60,812 nt of DNA, filler included, from 6 parts of 6 records of this genome joined end to end with filler, not necessarily neighbours in it; one strand, 5' to 3'. Positions 38,558 to 47,756 are shown, counted from the first letter of the whole stretch. Numbers and translations are program-made. Notes: generated by a model from the letters alone, not told the origin.

Positions 38558-39526
38558 TTCAGCTTCTGTTTCAGCTTCTGTTTCAGCGCAACCGTCTACA
38601 TCTTCATCTTCATCTTCATCTTCATCGTAGTTTAGGAAATCATTTAAGAAAAGTATTAGTGGATCATTTCCTCCAATTCTATCTGAAATAATTGTTCCGA
38701 GCGTATCCCATAAGACAGCTTCAATTTCTAAAGGTTCTCTAATACTTTTAAATATTTTATCTTTTGCTTCAGTATAATCGATTACATAACCATGCTCAGG
38801 GTAATCTGTAATTAGAGTGTTCATAACACCATCTTTGAGATTGCCTACATCCAACCTACCACCATAATCAGCAGCGATTCTCATTAATCTTGTAATCTGC
38901 CCTATCTTTAAAGGTTCAAGTTGCTCATAAATAGGTTTTAATAACCCGATCGTTAAGTTAGTCGCAGCATCAAGAGCTTGCTTGGTACTTAGCATCCCCC
39001 CCATACGGACGTTATTGAAATTCCTTTGAAATAAACTCGTAGACTCCTGAGCTAAAACTTGTAATGAGTACTGAGTATCTAACCCTGAATTCCTCTCATT
39101 AAACTCTTCTTTGTTGAGAACTTGAATATCCAAAGGACCAAACTCACCTGTTGGCCCCATAACAATTTCATTAGCAACAAGTGATAGTAAAGTACCTGAG
39201 CTTTTGCAATAGTCATTTACATATACGGTGACTGAATCATACAATTCGGTTAAAGCCCTCGCCATTCTATATGCCGATGAAGGTATGCCGCCATATGTAG
39301 CAATTAGAAGTAAAACCTGGCAGCTAGATTTTTTTGCATGGCACCCTCTGACAAAAACCCTATCAGCAGGACTACCGATATTACCGGAGTAAATAACCAC
39401 ATCAAAACCTTTGCTATCAAAAACCTGAGCTATTGCTTGAAGTTTTTGTGGTATTGATGGCGCGTTAGCTTCTTCTGCTTCTACTTCTGAGTCATGTAAA
39501 GCAGCTACTAAATTACCAACTTCCAT
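38558..39526 (-). CDS. SDH-family ClpP-fold serine protease with acidic tail (3' truncated)
   Basis: ATYGG, CKSSGTLL, EIVMG..GEFGPLDIQ, YPEHGYVID; tail DEDEDEDED...AETEAETEAE. Confidence 0.85.
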
Positions 39527-39839
39527 ATTAATTCTTCCTAAAAATACATCTAATAAAACTATAATAAACCCTAATGTAATTATTCATTTGCAATATATCA
39601 AGAAGTTCCACATAAATTTTCATAGAAGTATCACTTCAATATCAAGTAACATCGAGATATAAATTTTATCTATACCTAAATTCTTGTACCATTTAGAGTT
39701 CACTTTTGGAATTTTATATTCATTTACAAGTATGCTTATTGCTAAAAGCGACCAGTATTGCAATAGTACAAGCAGACAACGAAATCTAATACCTAACTAA
39801 TAACTCAGTTATCTTTGCCGGTTCATACTTCGACTTGAT

Positions 39840-39973
39840 GTGCGCATTATGTATGTTTGGCGTATTTAATCGCGCATTGTGCGCAGTTGATACGTTATAA
39901 TTCTAGACTTGCTATTTTATATCAACAACTTATTGCTGCGCAGTCTGCGCACTTAATTTAAGCCTTTGCGCAC
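39840..39973. repeat. 134-bp imperfect inverted repeat with five TGCGCA and an IHF box
   Basis: TGCGCA at 39841, 39880, 39937, 39946, 39967; TATCAACAACTTA at 39920-39932. Confidence 0.75.
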
Positions 39974-40342
39974 TTATTTATACTTTATAGCTACACCTGA
40001 AGCTTTAACTTGTTGTTGTGAAGAGCCAGTTACAGCGCCAACCATCCCGCTCTCGCTAGTGCCACCCAAAATGATAGCATCACCACCTTGTAAGCATGCG
40101 CACTTTTGCAGTTCTCTAATAGCATCTGGTGTATTGTCCGACACTATACCTCCGCCTGGTGCACTTGCCATGCAAATGCCTAGTTCTTGGTATTGTTTGT
40201 CTGTTGGTGGGGTTCTGTAGATAGTTGCACCGCAATCAGCTGGCTTTGCAGCGTGAGCTTGGCTTTCACCTGTTTTTATAAATTCGTGGCTTGCGCAAGC
40301 TGTGAGGGATAATGCCAACATTGCAATACTTAAGCGTTTCAT
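39974..40342 (-). CDS. Phage lipoprotein
   Basis: Lipobox LTAC; GGDAII...ASGVAI pattern suggests an RcsF/YbjQ-like fold. Confidence 0.8.
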   Translation of the reverse strand: MKRLSIAMLALSLTACASHEFIKTGESQAHAAKPADCGATIYRTPPTDKQYQELGICMASAPGGGIVSDNTPDAIRELQKCACLQGGDAIILGGTSESGMVGAVTGSSQQQVKASGVAIKYK

Positions 40343-40420
40343 TCTATTAGGTCCATTTTTTATGAATTAACCTAATATAGCTTACTTAATTGTTTGGTGG
40401 CAATGGTCCTTACTTTCTTA

Positions 40421-40687
40421 CTATTTAGTTTCTATTTCTTTGTCTAAGCCTTCGATGATTGATTCAATTCTTTGCCTCAATGCTGAATCGTCGCCTTCAC
40501 AGTCCAAAATGGCTTGCATTAAGTAGCAATTAACCTTGGTAAATGCAGATTTTTCTATTCGCTCTCTACTACGCATATACTGAGTGCATATCGAATCAAA
40601 CTTAGCGGCAACTTCTGGAAGTGCTCTTTCTGCGTTGTGGCTCTTTAGTATGTCAGCTATACCATATTCATCATTGGCTTTACTCAT
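40421..40687 (-). CDS. Phage hypothetical protein
   Basis: GGGAG RBS, co-oriented with the operon. Confidence 0.65.
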   Translation of the reverse strand: MSKANDEYGIADILKSHNAERALPEVAAKFDSICTQYMRSRERIEKSAFTKVNCYLMQAILDCEGDDSALRQRIESIIEGLDKEIETK

Positions 40688-40718
40688 ACAAGCTCCCACT
40701 TAAAAGTATGCCGTCCAA

Positions 40719-40898
40719 TCATAACTTTTTAAAGGTTAGCCTGGTTAAATGTGCGCTTGCTGGCTCAAAGCCATTGTATGGACCAATTGGCTCTAATGTT
40801 TCAGGGTCTTGCCAAAGGCATTCATAATAATCATACGGCCAATGGTTAGGCAGTTCTTCTTTTATTTTTTCTATTTGATCTTCGCTTGGCTTCTTCAT
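40719..40898 (-). CDS. 59-aa phage protein, possibly truncated by a premature TGA
   Basis: Not in ORF track; ATGA overlap with Q stop, GAGGT RBS; MKKPSEDQIEKIKEELPNHWPY...FKKL*. Confidence 0.6.
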   Translation of the reverse strand: MKKPSEDQIEKIKEELPNHWPYDYYECLWQDPETLEPIGPYNGFEPASAHLTRLTFKKL

Positions 40899-41455
40899 GC
40901 TACCTCACCCATCTTCTCACGAATATTTTTAAATATATCGCTTTCCCAGCCAGCTATTAGTCTTAACAGCTCTTTGGTTATTTCATCATGCGAGCTGGTA
41001 TAGCTTTTCTTATCTATACCGATAATTTTGCATCGACTACGGTTTGATACTGGCTTTCTGCCTCTGCCAAAGCATTTTATGCATATATCAGCGTTTATGT
41101 TTGTTGCTTTTTGCCCTGGCGCTAAACCGCTACCGTCACACTCGTTGCACACTGGCTGTACATACTCATAGATAGCTGACATTACAATGCCGTTGAGTGT
41201 TTCTGGCTTTACTTTAAAGCGTTTAATCTTAACGAATAACGTTATGTGCATTGTAAGTGAGCGTACAACTTTGTTTAGTCGTGTTTCTTCGCCAACATAA
41301 CAATAGTAAGCCCAATTAGTTTGGCACTGCGGTAAACCGGCTAAAGCATGCGCTGCTGTTCGCCAATCAATAACATCTTGACCACTCCCCCCGAAAGTAC
41401 CAGTTAAATTAAGTGTTTTTGTTGTTAGCTTTGCTAGTAGTTTAACTGGCTGCAT
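40895..41455 (-). CDS. Q-like late antiterminator
   Basis: CNECDGSG...CIKCFGRG zinc finger, C-terminal HTH-like segment, position after rusA. Confidence 0.7.
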   Translation of the reverse strand: MQPVKLLAKLTTKTLNLTGTFGGSGQDVIDWRTAAHALAGLPQCQTNWAYYCYVGEETRLNKVVRSLTMHITLFVKIKRFKVKPETLNGIVMSAIYEYVQPVCNECDGSGLAPGQKATNINADICIKCFGRGRKPVSNRSRCKIIGIDKKSYTSSHDEITKELLRLIAGWESDIFKNIREKMGEVA

Positions 41456-41456
41456 A

Positions 41457-41720
41457 TTATAAATCCCCCTCGATTATGAGCTCTATATCGCCAGATATAC
41501 AGTCATGCTCAACCAACACATTATCAGGTTCGTCTATAAAGCGAAGTCCTACCCTTTTAAGACTTTCTTTTATCTCGGTATATTCAAACCATTGTTCTTT
41601 CGGATCGGAATCGTCAATGTCAAACCTTAGATACACTCTACCTTTATCTGGGAGTGGTCTAATACATCCTTCAAGCTCAGTGCCTTTAACCATTTTTTTA
41701 ACTTGTTCAAATATAGGCAT
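41457..41720 (-). CDS. Phage hypothetical protein
   Basis: Tightly packed, GGGAG RBS. Confidence 0.65.
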   Translation of the reverse strand: MPIFEQVKKMVKGTELEGCIRPLPDKGRVYLRFDIDDSDPKEQWFEYTEIKESLKRVGLRFIDEPDNVLVEHDCISGDIELIIEGDL

Positions 41721-41721
41721 A

Positions 41722-41934
41722 TTATCTCACTCCCATACGCTTAAATATAGCGGTAACTTCTCTGTGTGCTGCTAGCTCTTCATCTGTTGCAAATGGCGGA
41801 ATCGTTGTTAAACAAGGCCAAGACAGGTCGAATGTTTCTAGCTGTCCTGTTTTTAAGCTTGCGACGTAACGGGCTTGTTCTGCGTTCAAAAAATGAGCTT
41901 TAAACGCTTTCCATTTACTCGGCTTATCATTCAT
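41722..41934 (-). CDS. Phage hypothetical protein
   Basis: ATGA overlap with rusA stop. Confidence 0.6.
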   Translation of the reverse strand: MNDKPSKWKAFKAHFLNAEQARYVASLKTGQLETFDLSWPCLTTIPPFATDEELAAHREVTAIFKRMGVR

Positions 41935-42311
41935 AGCTCTATTTCCTCTATGCTTAGAACTACCTTGCCGCCCTTGACTACTCCGCAATGAATCATGCGA
42001 TAGTCTTTTATCTGCGTATCATCCAAATAAACACCGGCTTTTTGCAAAGCATCGAATAGAGACTTGCATAAGTTATCTATATCTCTACGGCGATTATCTG
42101 GGACGTAGATATTTACCTCGATTTTTAAATTGCCCTGTAGCTTTTGGTTGGCCTTCTGCTCTCTCACCAACCAAAATACATGCTCTGCAAATGCCTTTCC
42201 CTTTTCACTTACTCTAGTTACTACACGGCTTTTATTTGCTGTCACTCGTTTTACTGATGATTTCCAGTAATGATTAACTGTTGGTGGGTATGGCAGTGTT
42301 AGGCTAATCAT
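41931..42311 (-). CDS. rusA: Holliday junction resolvase RusA
   Basis: LPYPPTVNHYW, PDNRRRDIDN..KSLFDAL, DDTQI. Confidence 0.93.
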   Translation of the reverse strand: MISLTLPYPPTVNHYWKSSVKRVTANKSRVVTRVSEKGKAFAEHVFWLVREQKANQKLQGNLKIEVNIYVPDNRRRDIDNLCKSLFDALQKAGVYLDDTQIKDYRMIHCGVVKGGKVVLSIEEIEL

Positions 42312-43042
42312 GCGACTTCCTTATGCTTTTCAGCTTTACTAATTCTTTCGCTGGCTACCTCAAAGTAGTTTTTATCGAGTTCAATACCTATAAAACCTCG
42401 ATTTAGCTTTTTGGCTGCAACACCTGTGGTACCGCTCCCCATGCAAAAGTCCAATACAATGTCTCCTTGCTTGGTGTAACTGCTAATAAGCCACTCCATT
42501 AAATTAACGGGCTTTTGTGTTGGGTGATAATTTCCTAGCTGCTTATCTGATGAGAAAAATTGCACGCTCCTTGGGTACCGGCTAGTCGAGCTATACTCGG
42601 TAAGGTTAAGCGCCTTGCCATAGCATTCTGAATTTACGCTTTTTCTCTTAGCTGTTTTAAGTTCATGGTCATGCGTCATTTGCGGATTAAACGCTGGCAA
42701 CTTCTTATAAAAAACCAAAATGCTTTCATGCGCTCTAAGCGGCATCTTTTTAGCGTTCAAAAATCCTGTGGCATTACCTTTCTCCCATACAAGATCATAC
42801 TTAAATAGTTTCAGGTTGCTGCAGACTAAGACGCTAGTGAAGGGCTGGGCAGCCATAAATACTATAGCGGCCCTTTCCTTTGCTACTCGACTCACTTGCT
42901 CCCACATTTTTGAAAGGTCTAAAACTGAGTCCCATTTGCACATCGTGGTACCGTAAGGTGGGTCTACTAAAATTAAATCAACGCTGTTGTCACCCAAACT
43001 CTTTAGCTCTTCAACGCATTCGCCATTTATTAGATTAATCAT
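42308..43042 (-). CDS. Orphan beta-class N6A/N4C DNA methyltransferase
   Basis: DPPY before HPTQKP and DFCMGSGTTG. Confidence 0.93.
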   Translation of the reverse strand: MINLINGECVEELKSLGDNSVDLILVDPPYGTTMCKWDSVLDLSKMWEQVSRVAKERAAIVFMAAQPFTSVLVCSNLKLFKYDLVWEKGNATGFLNAKKMPLRAHESILVFYKKLPAFNPQMTHDHELKTAKRKSVNSECYGKALNLTEYSSTSRYPRSVQFFSSDKQLGNYHPTQKPVNLMEWLISSYTKQGDIVLDFCMGSGTTGVAAKKLNRGFIGIELDKNYFEVASERISKAEKHKEVA

Positions 43043-43341
43043 TTAGCCACCTTTATTAATTCTTGCTCGAGTAAAAGCTTTTGTGTTCTTACCATGCCTT
43101 CATACGCATAGATGCGGTTATACCGCGGATCGCCAAGCGGTGTTCTGCCGTCAATTACATCGTGACAAGCTGAACATGCGTAAGTAGCGTGAATGTCATC
43201 ACACTTCTGGCCCATGCCAGCACCCTTGCCTACATGTGCAAGTATTACAGTTTCAGGGTTGTGATTGCATATGCCTGGTATTCTTACTTGGCACTGTTGG
43301 CCGCGTGCGCTGTTACGTATTTTTTTGCTAATGACTGACAT
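43039..43341 (-). CDS. DUF1364/YbcO family nuclease-like protein
   Basis: SARGQQCQVRIPGICN..PETVILAH, ACSACHD. Confidence 0.88.
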   Translation of the reverse strand: MSVISKKIRNSARGQQCQVRIPGICNHNPETVILAHVGKGAGMGQKCDDIHATYACSACHDVIDGRTPLGDPRYNRIYAYEGMVRTQKLLLEQELIKVAK

Positions 43342-43780
43342 TGTTTGCATCCCCATAAATAGCCAAGGTGTATAAATCATCTGGTTGCGGAAGAATGAGT
43401 TCTAAGTACTCCGCGCAATATTGCTCAACCCAATTTAAATATTCGCTAAACTCTTTAGTGTTGAGTTTTCTTGTTCGCTTTCGCACAATAATTGGCTCTT
43501 CGTTACCAGCCTGAATAACCTTTACGCCAAACTTTTTACGCACAAATACTTCATGAACATCTTCAGAGCTATTCTCTTGCCCAAAGTGATCGCGAAAATG
43601 ATTAGCTATCTCTTGATTCCATACCCAAAGCAATTTGTTTTGAGCTAATGAGCGTTTAGCCTTGTGCTCTTTGAACTCAATAACAACGTTTTTACCCTGC
43701 TTTAAAATATCGCGAATAGCTTTGCCCACTTGGGGCATAAAGTATTGAGCGTTAGTGGCTGTTAATACTTTTTTTGCCAT
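43328..43780 (-). CDS. ninB: NinB/Orf-like recombination protein
   Basis: KRSLAQNKLLW...TRKLNTKEFSEYLNWV. Confidence 0.78.
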   Translation of the reverse strand: MAKKVLTATNAQYFMPQVGKAIRDILKQGKNVVIEFKEHKAKRSLAQNKLLWVWNQEIANHFRDHFGQENSSEDVHEVFVRKKFGVKVIQAGNEEPIIVRKRTRKLNTKEFSEYLNWVEQYCAEYLELILPQPDDLYTLAIYGDANNVSH

Positions 43781-44085
43781 TACGCAGCCTTATCGTCATG
43801 CGCAGCTGGCTGACTAGCCTTTGCCAGTTCTTCTTTATGCGCAATCATTAGCACTTCTGCGGTTGCTGCTATTAGCGAGTCTCGCAATTCTCGCGGCAAG
43901 TTGTAGCGCTCAGTGATCACCGTCGTAGATTTAACTAACAACTCAGTCGCTTTATTAATGTTCGGTTGCTGGCCATTAGTAATAGCTTTAGCTGCATGGT
44001 TTTTAGCTGCTGATAAAAAACCATCGCTGATAAGTTCACCCGTTGGCGACAGTTGTTGCATAGTGCTTTTTTTAGTTACTGACAT
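43780..44085 (-). CDS. Phage hypothetical protein
   Basis: AGGAG RBS, stop/start overlap. Confidence 0.7.
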   Translation of the reverse strand: MSVTKKSTMQQLSPTGELISDGFLSAAKNHAAKAITNGQQPNINKATELLVKSTTVITERYNLPRELRDSLIAATAEVLMIAHKEELAKASQPAAHDDKAA

Positions 44086-44094
44086 TGTTTGCTC

Positions 44095-44520
44095 CTAAGC
44101 TGTTTTTCTAGCGTTGTTAAATGTTTTGTCAATCTCAGCATTAAGCGAATACCCCTGATTAGCTGGCACTTTGTTTGATTTAAAGTTGCCCGGATTAGCT
44201 TTAATCCTACTCATTGCTGCCGCTTGACGGTTGTGGCTGTGTACTTTGTTGCGCTGTGCGTGTTTACCTTTAGCCTGCTCTTTTTGGTCCTTGATGTACT
44301 GCGGAACACTATCAACACCATGCCCTTTAGCATGCCTTGCCATTGCGCGGTTAGCTTCTGCAACTGCAAACCACGTTTGCTTAGGGGATGGATTACTTAT
44401 CCCTTCAAGTGCTGTCGCCTTAGCTGCTTTTGCATCAACCAATGCCGCTTGATAATCGCTGCCTAATATTTCTTTTAGCGCACGAATAAACTCTTTTTGA
44501 TCTTGCTCGTATGATTTCAT
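44095..44520 (-). CDS. Phage hypothetical protein
   Basis: ATGA overlap with P. Confidence 0.7.
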   Translation of the reverse strand: MKSYEQDQKEFIRALKEILGSDYQAALVDAKAAKATALEGISNPSPKQTWFAVAEANRAMARHAKGHGVDSVPQYIKDQKEQAKGKHAQRNKVHSHNRQAAAMSRIKANPGNFKSNKVPANQGYSLNAEIDKTFNNARKTA

Positions 44521-45092
44521 CGCTCAGCTCCCGCATATTTCAAATAAGCCGGCGGTGCGTTGCATTCAATTTTTAGCGGTATCGGACTTAATTCGCCTTT
44601 GCCATAAACCTCAGCTAATTCGGTGTAACGGTTTTTAGCCATCTTCTGCCAGGCGCTATCAGCTAAGGTTGCGCGTGCTGCGGCTATTTGTTGGTTAAGC
44701 CAGTAAACTAAAGGCTCTGACCACTCTTTATCCTTTCCGTAATTGCGAATGCGCTGTTCGTTTATCTCACTCATGCACTGCTCAAGTGTTGGCATACCGC
44801 GTGCGTGCAAGCATAAAATTTTAAATTCAAGCGGGTTGGGTGCGTGACGTTCTGAAACTGATCGCAGCCGTGCCAAGTTAAGCGCTGCTCGAATTTCCTT
44901 TACTAAAAACTTCATTCCAAAAAGTTGATTCGCATATTCCTTTGCTGTCTGCTCTAAGTTCCCACGCCAGTTAAAATCACTTGCTGGGTAGTAAGCTCGC
45001 AAAGCTGGCAAAATTTCACCACCGATTAAACTTGCAAGCGATTGATCCGGGCAGCGCTGTGATTGGTTGATAGTCGATATTTGATTATTCAT
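44517..45092 (-). CDS. Lambda P-like helicase loader
   Basis: PNPLEF..LC, WSEPLVYW; directly after O. Confidence 0.75.
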   Translation of the reverse strand: MNNQISTINQSQRCPDQSLASLIGGEILPALRAYYPASDFNWRGNLEQTAKEYANQLFGMKFLVKEIRAALNLARLRSVSERHAPNPLEFKILCLHARGMPTLEQCMSEINEQRIRNYGKDKEWSEPLVYWLNQQIAAARATLADSAWQKMAKNRYTELAEVYGKGELSPIPLKIECNAPPAYLKYAGAER

Positions 45093-45988
45093 CCAACAAC
45101 CTCGTCATCATGAAGTTTGGGGATGTGAGCAACAGCAGCTTGCATTGCGGCCATTTGATCGCCAACGTTATTTGATGATGGTCTGCTGTGGCTTACTGGT
45201 GATGGTCTATCCTGCTCTCGCGATAACCAACTAACAATAAATCGTGGCATACCGCGCTGAGTTTTACGCCGTGTTGGGTTTGCGTTGCTCCACGAATACA
45301 TTTCCCGAAGTTGCTGCAAAACGTTTACTGCTGGATAAGTTTCAGACCATTCATCAATCTGGCGTTGAGTTATTTCGTAACGCTCATCTTTTTTATTCGT
45401 TGGTATCCATGCAACGGCCGGTTCAGAGCAAGGCTCTGAGCAAGAATTAACTTTAGTTAATTCCTTATCTTTAGAGTTATCTTTAAGTCTTTCTTTTGTG
45501 TGCACTGTTTCAGTACTAGTATCTGTTACCGTTTCAGTACTACTAAGTGTTACTGTTTCAGTACTGTACTGTTTTGGTTTCTTGCTAGTACTGTTTCGGT
45601 AACACTTATTAGGTTTGTGCTCTAACCATTCGCCTGTTTTTTTGTTGATTTCAAGCTCACCCTGAGTGCCGCCAGTACGAATGATCAACTTCATTTCAAT
45701 AAGCTCATTCAATACTTCACTACAGCGTGCTCTAGGCATCTTTGTAAGCTCAGATAATTGAGACCCACTAATACGATCACGCTTTTTCTGGAAGCCATAG
45801 GTCTTGCGTATAACCGCTAAAAACACCTTGTATTGCCGTTTAGTCATGTCATGACCAATCCCAGCATCTAGCAAATCGTTCGCTAAACGAGTAAAGCCAT
45901 TCTCTAAACTTGCCACAGTAATAACCTCGGCCTGTTTTGTTTGGTCCTGCTTATCAGGAAACTTGTAAACTGGAGCTAAATTAGCCAT
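45089..45988 (-). CDS. Lambda O-like replication initiator
   Basis: LENGFTRLANDLL, RKTYGFQKK.DRI, internal iterons. Confidence 0.9.
   Translation of the reverse strand: MANLAPVYKFPDKQDQTKQAEVITVASLENGFTRLANDLLDAGIGHDMTKRQYKVFLAVIRKTYGFQKKRDRISGSQLSELTKMPRARCSEVLNELIEMKLIIRTGGTQGELEINKKTGEWLEHKPNKCYRNSTSKKPKQYSTETVTLSSTETVTDTSTETVHTKERLKDNSKDKELTKVNSCSEPCSEPAVAWIPTNKKDERYEITQRQIDEWSETYPAVNVLQQLREMYSWSNANPTRRKTQRGMPRFIVSWLSREQDRPSPVSHSRPSSNNVGDQMAAMQAAVAHIPKLHDDEVVG
45504..45603. repeat. Phage origin iterons inside O
   Basis: ACYGTTTCAGTACT at 45504, 45528, 45552 (24-bp period); variant ACTGTTTCGGTAAC at 45590; AT-rich tract adjacent. Confidence 0.88.
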
Positions 45989-46113
45989 AATTACCTCGAT
46001 GAATTTAACCCGCTATCCTGCCGACCAAAGCTGATGCGGGTTTTCTTTTATCTGCGAGTTACATCAGCTTTTGCTGTAACTCGCGCCTCTTCTTGATATA
46101 GATACTTACATAA

Positions 46114-46767
46114 TTATTTTGATACCTGCTCACTCTGTGCTTTTTCTTGCTCAGCCCAAGCACGCCAAGCCCTATGGCTTAGTTCAGTGTTACGTTCACG
46201 CAACTTATTAACTTCTTTTTGCAATCTACTAGTCTCCGCATAAGCGCCTTTAAGCTTTGCATTCAACTGTTCAGCATCACCCACACGCGCAAACAACTTC
46301 ACTAAAATAAATTGCTCTCGCATTTGATCTGATTCAAACCGGTTATTGACGATCCAGTCAGCCACTTCTTTATAATTTCGATTTTCAGAAAATGGGCTAA
46401 CGATGTGCTTTACATGACCGCGCTTGTTTACATACAAAAGCCCAAATTTATCGGGCAAATCTTCTGGCTTGATCAAGCCTTCTGGACACATGTAATAACG
46501 CCAATTACCCATACCTGGTGTTTCACCGTTCCGGTGGGGCTTTTTCGCGTCAGCAATAAAGTCAGAGCGAGACACTTTTACTTCAACCACAACAGAGCCA
46601 TCATCAATATAACCAGCAGCCCTAAAGCCGATAGCATCAGGAACCTCGCCCGAATAACCAGAGCGAACCTCACTTACAGCAATGTGGCACCCATGACCAC
46701 CACCACTACTTGGACGCTTTAGCCAACGCACAGCTATATCGCATAAGTTTCTATGGTTAAGTTCCAT
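46114..46767 (-). CDS. PD-(D/E)XK-fold protein, MmcB-like
   Basis: PDAIG...VEVKVSRSDF..D, RYYMCP...LP.KFGLL. Confidence 0.7.
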   Translation of the reverse strand: MELNHRNLCDIAVRWLKRPSSGGGHGCHIAVSEVRSGYSGEVPDAIGFRAAGYIDDGSVVVEVKVSRSDFIADAKKPHRNGETPGMGNWRYYMCPEGLIKPEDLPDKFGLLYVNKRGHVKHIVSPFSENRNYKEVADWIVNNRFESDQMREQFILVKLFARVGDAEQLNAKLKGAYAETSRLQKEVNKLRERNTELSHRAWRAWAEQEKAQSEQVSK

Positions 46768-46769
46768 AC

Positions 46770-46982
46770 TCAGCGCCTAAACTGCTTTCGTTTAATTTCA
46801 TGTAGTTCAGCACAACCAATACATAAATTGGTTTTAATCGCCTTTTTACGTGCTTCGTTAATTTCATTACCACACTCAATGCAATCATCCGTTGGTTCAA
46901 CATCTTGTTGTTTTAAATTTGCTATTAAGCGTGACTCGGTTTGCTCTATTTCTAATTGAGCTATATCTGCAGGATCTGCCAT
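46770..46982 (-). CDS. TraR/DksA C4 zinc-finger protein
   Basis: MADPADIA, CIECG...RKKA...CIGC. Confidence 0.9.
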   Translation of the reverse strand: MADPADIAQLEIEQTESRLIANLKQQDVEPTDDCIECGNEINEARKKAIKTNLCIGCAELHEIKRKQFRR

Positions 46983-47509
46983 TAAGCCACCTTTAACGAT
47001 GCAGGATTAACAACAGCCGGTTCGTTAGGATCAGGTCTAACCATTTGCTCAATTTCAGCGTTAAGCTGGAGCGCTGTAGAAATAATTGAAAGAGTATTTT
47101 TTTGAATGGCATCAAAATCAGATTGCGTGATCACGCCTTTTTGTCGTGCCAGTCGGAAGGTTTTGGCAAAATCACCTATCGTTTCTTGTAGTTTGAGTAC
47201 CTGATCCGCAACTTCTTCATCCGACAAACCAACATCAGGCAAATCAATCACGGTTTTACCTAGGCTATACGCCCAAGCATTTAAAATGCGGTGATCACCG
47301 GTAACATCACCAATTGCAACAGCTTGCTGTAAATTTAGGTGATGGCTATCACAATTCTCATTTAACTTATTGATTAATATTTTTTCTCCAACACCAATTT
47401 TGCGAGCAATGTCAGATATATTGTGATCACCAACTAGGCTCGCGGCAGCAGCCATCGGGCAACGTGTGCTTGGCCGTGCATTACACGTACTATTTTTTGA
47501 TAAAAGCAT
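46982..47509 (-). CDS. CII-like regulatory protein
   Basis: LINKLN...HHLNL; position after cro. Confidence 0.75.
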   Translation of the reverse strand: MLLSKNSTCNARPSTRCPMAAAASLVGDHNISDIARKIGVGEKILINKLNENCDSHHLNLQQAVAIGDVTGDHRILNAWAYSLGKTVIDLPDVGLSDEEVADQVLKLQETIGDFAKTFRLARQKGVITQSDFDAIQKNTLSIISTALQLNAEIEQMVRPDPNEPAVVNPASLKVA

Positions 47510-47520
47510 TTATAGTTCTC

Positions 47521-47730
47521 CTATGCTGCTGATTTGGGTTGTTCGCTTTGTTCATACAAAGAGAAGTCAACTTTTAGTTTGCCTTGAGTTATTGATTCAA
47601 GTTCAAAGGCACGACCACGAGGCACAACTTCTCCCCACTGTGATATGGCACCGCGAGTTAATGGGGGCGTAAAAGCTTTAGCTAATGAGGCCTTGTTTTT
47701 AAAATGTCCAATTGCATCGAGAGTTCTCAT
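47521..47730 (-). CDS. cro: Cro-like repressor
   Basis: DAIGHF..KASLAKA...AISQWGEVVP..RAFELE.ITQGKLK. Confidence 0.88.
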   Translation of the reverse strand: MRTLDAIGHFKNKASLAKAFTPPLTRGAISQWGEVVPRGRAFELESITQGKLKVDFSLYEQSEQPKSAA

Positions 47731-47756
47731 GTTCGCTCCTTTAACCTATACATTTT

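Noticed and set aside
39840-39973. Integron attC site or tRNA
   Set aside because: No RYYYAAC/GTTRRRY ends and no cloverleaf or T-loop
42308-43042. Methyltransferase as part of a restriction-modification system
   Set aside because: No adjacent restriction enzyme; orphan MTases are common in nin regions
45504-45603. CRISPR-like repeat
   Set aside because: Repeats are 14 bp with 10-bp spacers, inside the O gene, with no cas genes; these are iterons
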